From an uncultured Acidobacteriota bacterium (GTDB lineage Bacteria; Acidobacteriota; Vicinamibacteria; Vicinamibacterales; CAVVIG01): a stretch of 64,000 bases of DNA. This document shows positions 60,064 through 64,000 of the stretch, in pieces; positions within the stretch are counted from its first letter, which is position 1, and every line of letters starts with the position of its first letter. The notes below the pieces were generated by a model. It was not told the DNA's origin. It saw only the letters and a list, made by a program, of their open reading frames with translations, and did no database searches. Position numbers and translations under genes: made by a program. The stretch spans positions 269,093-333,092 of the forward strand of contig CAVREM010000048.1 of NCBI GenBank assembly GCA_963720005.1, read 5' to 3'.

Positions 60064-60954
60064 ATGGATCTTCAAAACAAGGCCGCGCTGATCACCGGCG
60101 GCAAACGGATCGGGCTCGTCGTGGCCGAAGAGCTCGCGCGGCGAGGGGCCGACGTCGCGCTCTCTTACGCGCGCTCGCGTGGCGAAGCCGAAGAGGCGGC
60201 CAGCCGGGTGCGAGCGGCCGGCCGCCGATCGGCAACCCTCCAGGCCGATCTCTCGTCGCCCGATGGCTGCCTCGCGGTCGTCAAGGGCGCCGTCGATGCA
60301 TTCGGCCGGCTCGACATCCTGATCAACATGGCCTCGGTGTACGCGCGGAAACCATTCGCCGATCTGCGCGTCGCCGACTGGAACGGCCCCCTGGAAGTCG
60401 ACCTGCGCGCGTCTTTCCTTTGTGCGCACGCGGCCGCCCCGCACATGCGCGCCCAGGGCGGCGGCCGCATCATCAATTTCGCCGACTGGATCGCGCGGAG
60501 CGGCCGTCCCCGCTACCCGGGTTTCTTGCCGTATTACGTCGCCAAGGCCGGCGTCGTGGCGCTCACCGAGGGGCTCGCGCTCGAGCTCGCCGGCGACAGG
60601 ATCCTCGTGAACGCGATCGCGCCAGGGCCAATCCTCGCGCCGCCGGCGACGAGCGACGAGGAGATCAAGGCGGTGGAAGACGCGACGCCGCTCGGCCACT
60701 GGGGCGGCGAGTCGGAGATCGCGAAAGCCGTCGTCGCGTTGATCGACAGCGACTTCATCACCGGGGAAACGATCCGCGTGGACGGCGGCCGCCACCTCGT
60801 AGACGCTCCAGAACTGAGAATGCAACTGACGAAGACTCGAGGAGCTGCAGGAGATCTTCGTGTTCACGCGTTCCTCAGTTCTCCGAGTCGACTCCCGCCT
60901 TGTCGAGGATGGCGGTCAGGACTGCCGGCGCCCGGCCGATGGGCAGGTTGCTGA
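60064..60954 (+). CDS. SDR family oxidoreductase; true 3' end probably near 60810
   Basis: MDLQNKAALITGGKRIG, YYVAKAG and ITGETIRVDGGRHL motifs are present. The ORF then runs on into the convergent gene. A stop exists in the +1 frame at 60808..60810. Confidence 0.8.
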   Translation: MDLQNKAALITGGKRIGLVVAEELARRGADVALSYARSRGEAEEAASRVRAAGRRSATLQADLSSPDGCLAVVKGAVDAFGRLDILINMASVYARKPFADLRVADWNGPLEVDLRASFLCAHAAAPHMRAQGGGRIINFADWIARSGRPRYPGFLPYYVAKAGVVALTEGLALELAGDRILVNAIAPGPILAPPATSDEEIKAVEDATPLGHWGGESEIAKAVVALIDSDFITGETIRVDGGRHLVDAPELRMQLTKTRGAAGDLRVHAFLSSPSRLPPCRGWRSGLPAPGRWAGC

Positions 60955-61748
60955 TGTAGAAGTGGCGCGCGCCCGCGTCGGCCAGCGTGCGAATCGTCCG
61001 CGCGCAGATATCCTCGGCGGTATCACCGCCTTCGAACTCCCGCGTCAGCTGCTCCGCCGGCACCGGCAGGAAGGCGCTGCAGCGCCTCCAGCGTGCGCGG
61101 ATTCGCGCTCCGGTAGTAGAACACACCGAACACGCCGGGCAGCGCGACGCCGCGCTGGTTCGCCACCTCGACGAAGCGCTCCACCTGCGCCGCATGATGG
61201 TGGCTCACCACCTGCGTGAGGTAGAACTCCGCGTTCAGATTGCCGGCCGTCAGGAAGTCTGCCTGGCGCTCGGGATCGGCGAGCGGGTTGGCCCACCCGC
61301 CGAGCGCGAGCGTGGTGTCGCGCGTGCGGATCATCTCGCGCAGCTGCCAGGCGTGCTCGACGCAGCGCGGTATTCCGAGCGCCTTGTCGCCGCCCAGGAC
61401 GACGAGATCAGGAAACCCGTTCTGACGCGCCCGCTCGGCGTACGACAAGCAGTAGTCGAGCGTGTGCTTGACGGTCATGAACGGGACCACTCGCTCGCGC
61501 GGAACGTCTCGACCGAGGTTGATGACCAGGTGCCTGAGGTTGTCTTCCTCCTCCGCGCCGACCGCGCTGTCGGTGAGGAACACGAACGTTCCCCGCCGGG
61601 TGAGCCGCTTCACGGCATGGTAGGTATCAATCCAGGCGTCCATGCCCTCGCGCGCCGCCAGCTCCGCCCGGGGCGGCCGCAGCTCCGCCGCAAAGACGGG
61701 CGAGCCGGAGCGAAGGGCGGTCAGGAGGTCGGGGACGGGTACGGACAT
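60875..61748 (-). CDS. methylenetetrahydrofolate reductase-like protein; frame break near 61080
   Basis: ORFs 61023..61748 and 60875..61195 join at LEALQR-LPVPAEQLTREFEGG. The body is a TIM-barrel-like MTHFR family fold (DLVVLGGD, FYLTQVV, HFYISNL). Confidence 0.6.
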
Positions 61749-61750
61749 CT

Positions 61751-61850
61751 GTAATTAGGAATTATGGATTAGGAATTAGGAATGGTCGCGGGCACGCGCC
61801 CACTCCGCACCCATTTCGATTTCCTAATTCCTAATTCCAAATTCCTGATT
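61751..61850. repeat. inverted repeat of AATTAGG/CCTAATT heptamers
   Basis: The left arm is GTAATTAGGAATTATGGATTAGGAATTAGGAATGG. The loop is a 35-nt GC-rich sequence. The right arm is TTCCTAATTCCTAATTCCAAATTCCTGATT. Confidence 0.9.
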
Positions 61851-62277
61851 GGCTTGCTTGCCGATGTGTCTTCAAGACTTCGTCGATCAGGAACAGATCG
61901 GTGAGCAGCGCCCGCAGGTGGATCGAAGCGTTCAGGTTGTCGACCAGCGGTGAGCTGATCGCCGGCTGCGCCAGGACCAGTTGCACGGCGGCCCGGGCGT
62001 CGAGGGCATCGCGTTCGAGCACGGCGATGAAGGCGGAGTACGGGGCTGGATCGACGTTCAACTGCGCGACGAAGCGCGTGAGAAACGTACTCAGGTCCGC
62101 GAGCGCCTGATCGCACTTGCCCAGGAACTCGCGGACCTGACTGTTGCCCTGATCGCTGACGAGCCCCTGTGCCGCGTAGGCCAGCAGGAACTCGTAGGCC
62201 GATTCGATCGCGTCGCAGCGCCTCTTGAGCTCGGAGCGGGCCTCGTCGAGCGAGGCCGCTTCCGCCGGCGTACTCAC
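61831..62277 (-). CDS. hypothetical all-alpha protein
   Basis: Intact 148-aa ORF. The start overlaps the upstream stop by 4 nt. I recognise no family. Confidence 0.5.
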   Translation of the reverse strand: MSTPAEAASLDEARSELKRRCDAIESAYEFLLAYAAQGLVSDQGNSQVREFLGKCDQALADLSTFLTRFVAQLNVDPAPYSAFIAVLERDALDARAAVQLVLAQPAISSPLVDNLNASIHLRALLTDLFLIDEVLKTHRQASQSGIWN

Positions 62278-63117
62278 GCGCGGCTCGCGGGCTGCGCTTT
62301 ATCCGTCACCTTCCAGCGCTGCGGATCGTGGTGCTCGAGATAGAGTCGGCGCGGGATCCACCCGAAGATCATCCCTTTCGTAATCCACCACTTGTCGGGT
62401 CGGACCGCGAAGTAGACATGCGCGATGACCAAGCCAACGAGACCGACGCCGGCGAGGCCGTGCAGCACGTAGGTGAAGCCCCAGGTCGCGTCGGTCATGT
62501 AGTACGGATCGCGCGTGAATAACGGCGTCCGGATGCGCGGCATCATCAGAAGCCCGGTGATCACCGCGGCGAAGCCGACGATAACGATCGCCAGGTGATA
62601 CAGCTTGTTGCCGAGCGGGTACTTGCCCGGCCGGTAGCCCGGCACCTCTCTGCCGAGCTCGAGCATGAGCTCCGACTTGAACTCGGGGATGTCCTTCGGA
62701 CCCACCCAGATCGACCAGAAGTCGAGCCAGAACGTGGCGTGGACGATGTGGTAGATGATCGACCCGGTCAGCACGAGCCCCGCTATCCAGTGCCACGTGA
62801 CCCACGGGAACCTGAAGCCGGCGATCGGCAGGAAGGCCGTGAACAGCAGCACGAACATCGACGCGGCCATGACCCAGTGAAACATCCGCGCCATGAACGA
62901 GTGGCGCTCGATGTGGTCCGGGAAGATCCTTATGCGACGCCTCGAGCGCCGCCGTCTCCGCCTCGCTCCGTTTCCGGTGCGCCGACAGCACCATGTAGCT
63001 GGCATGCGCGACGAGGAACATGACGCCCGCGAGGAGGGACGCCCACAGCAGGTCCCACGAAATGTGCGTGAGGATTTGTTGTCCCCAGGGATTGCGTCCC
63101 CATGTCAGGAAATCCAT
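62274..63117 (-). CDS. cytochrome b-type membrane protein (PF01292-like, formate dehydrogenase gamma / Ni-Fe hydrogenase cytochrome b-like); frame break near 62935
   Basis: The N-terminus is MDFLTWGRNPWGQQILTHISWDLLWASLLAGVMFLVAH (ORF 62299..63168). It continues FPDHIERHSFMARMFHWVMAASMFVLLF... with conserved His in the TM helices (ORF 62274..63005). Confidence 0.6.
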
Positions 63118-63157
63118 AGTGGCCCCTTGAATGACTGGTAGTTGATATCTAACGTGA

Positions 63158-63249
63158 CGAGGACGCAAGGAAGCAGAGGACGCAGAGCGCAGAGCGAGAC
63201 GCCTCGGCTACTCTGCGCTCTGCGTCACTCTGCTTCCTCTGCGTCCTCG
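63158..63249. repeat. inverted repeat of GCAGAGG/CTCTGCG heptamers
   Basis: The left arm is GAGGACGCAAGGAAGCAGAGGACGCAGAGCGCAGAGCGAGACGCC. The right arm is GGCTACTCTGCGCTCTGCGTCACTCTGCTTCCTCTGCGTCCTC. Confidence 0.9.
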
Positions 63250-64000
63250 ATTCGCGTTGCTTATGTCGTCGCGCGTCGCGCCCTGTCCGCGAATCGCGCG
63301 CTTCACCAGGTTGCGCATCAGCGGGATCTTGTAGCCGTTGTAGCGCAGCGGCTGCGCGCCCTGGATCGCCAGTTCGCCGGCCCGCGTCGCCGTCTCCTCG
63401 CTCCGCGGCTGCCCCGCAATCGCCTGCTCCACCGCCGTCAGCCGCAGCGGCCGCGCCGCCACCGCCCCCACCGCGATCCGCGCCGCCTGAATCGTGTTCC
63501 CCGACGTCTTGATCGCCGACGCCACGTTCACCAGCGGGAAGTCCCACACCTGCCGGTCCCGCACCTTCTCGAAGTAGAACTGCGCCCCGGCCCACGTCCC
63601 CGGGATCCGGATCGCCGTCAGCAGTTCGCCCGGCCGCAGCACCGTCATCCGCAGGATGTTGATGTCCGGCCCCACGAAATACTCTTCCGCCGACACCGTC
63701 CGCTCGCCGCCCAGGCTCCGGATCACCATCGACGCCTCCAGCGCGATCAGCGCCGGCGCCGTGTCCGACGGGCTCACCGCCACGCACCGGTCCGCCTGCA
63801 GAATCGCGTGCTCCCGGTTGATCGCCGTCGGCGTGTCCGCGTAGCAGATGTTCCCGCCCGCCCGGTAGCACGTCCACCCGCTCCGGTAATACCAGCAGCG
63901 CGTGTCCTGCGACACGTTCCCGCCCAGCGTCCCCTGGTTGCGAATCTGCGGCGAGGCGACCAGTTCCGCCGCTTCCATCAGCAGCCCGTAGCGCTCGCGC
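63208..64000 (-). CDS. xanthine dehydrogenase family FAD-binding subunit (CoxM-like); 5' end outside window
   Basis: SPQIRNQGTLGGNVSQ and the CO dehydrogenase flavoprotein C-terminal domain pattern are present. The last roughly 15 codons run into a heptamer repeat. Confidence 0.8.
   Translation of the reverse strand, partial: RERYGLLMEAAELVASPQIRNQGTLGGNVSQDTRCWYYRSGWTCYRAGGNICYADTPTAINREHAILQADRCVAVSPSDTAPALIALEASMVIRSLGGERTVSAEEYFVGPDINILRMTVLRPGELLTAIRIPGTWAGAQFYFEKVRDRQVWDFPLVNVASAIKTSGNTIQAARIAVGAVAARPLRLTAVEQAIAGQPRSEETATRAGELAIQGAQPLRYNGYKIPLMRNLVKRAIRGQGATRDDISNANRGRRGSRVTQSAE

Noticed and set aside
1-64000. tRNA, rRNA, tmRNA or RNase P genes.
   Set aside because: I looked for T-loop-like GGTTCGA(A/G)TCC motifs and long conserved rRNA stretches. 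I found only GTTCG words belonging to the repeat families. Nothing was supportable by eye, and a covariance-model scan would be needed to be sure.

Overview
This is a 64-kb, high-GC chromosomal window; hand-counted sample lines are about 70% G+C. The gene content suggests an Acidobacteriota-like soil bacterium: TIGR03436-type VWA protein, TonB-dependent receptors with carboxypeptidase-regulatory-like N-termini, and a DUF1800/DUF1501 pair. That taxonomy is inference only. I support about 55 protein genes, mostly housekeeping: pruA, pyc, polA, pcnB, lgt, ku, panE, sseA, thiO, peptidases and outer-membrane proteins. I saw no rRNA, tRNA, CRISPR array, transposase or integrase, and no clearly novel multi-gene system.

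Five things stand out.
1. Small structured repeats are unusually dense. There are GC-rich REP-like hairpins and at least seven or eight sequence-unrelated families of inverted repeats whose arms are tandem 7-nt words. They fill most intergenic spacers, and several sit inside ORFs (polA, a DNA methyltransferase, DUF1800).
2. Many genes carry reading-frame breaks. Almost every break I resolved by hand is a single extra base. The breaks are distributed very unevenly: pyc, two large receptor genes and a decarboxylase are riddled, while long neighbours are intact. This is most likely assembly indel error, but it needs reads to settle.
3. A diverged copy of the 3' end of ku lies 6.2 kb downstream of the full ku gene. 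The two copies bracket a receptor-VWA-TPR module.
4. A lower-GC block carries a third receptor gene and a truncated exonuclease-like ORF.
5. An orphan BMC-H shell-protein gene has no other microcompartment genes nearby.
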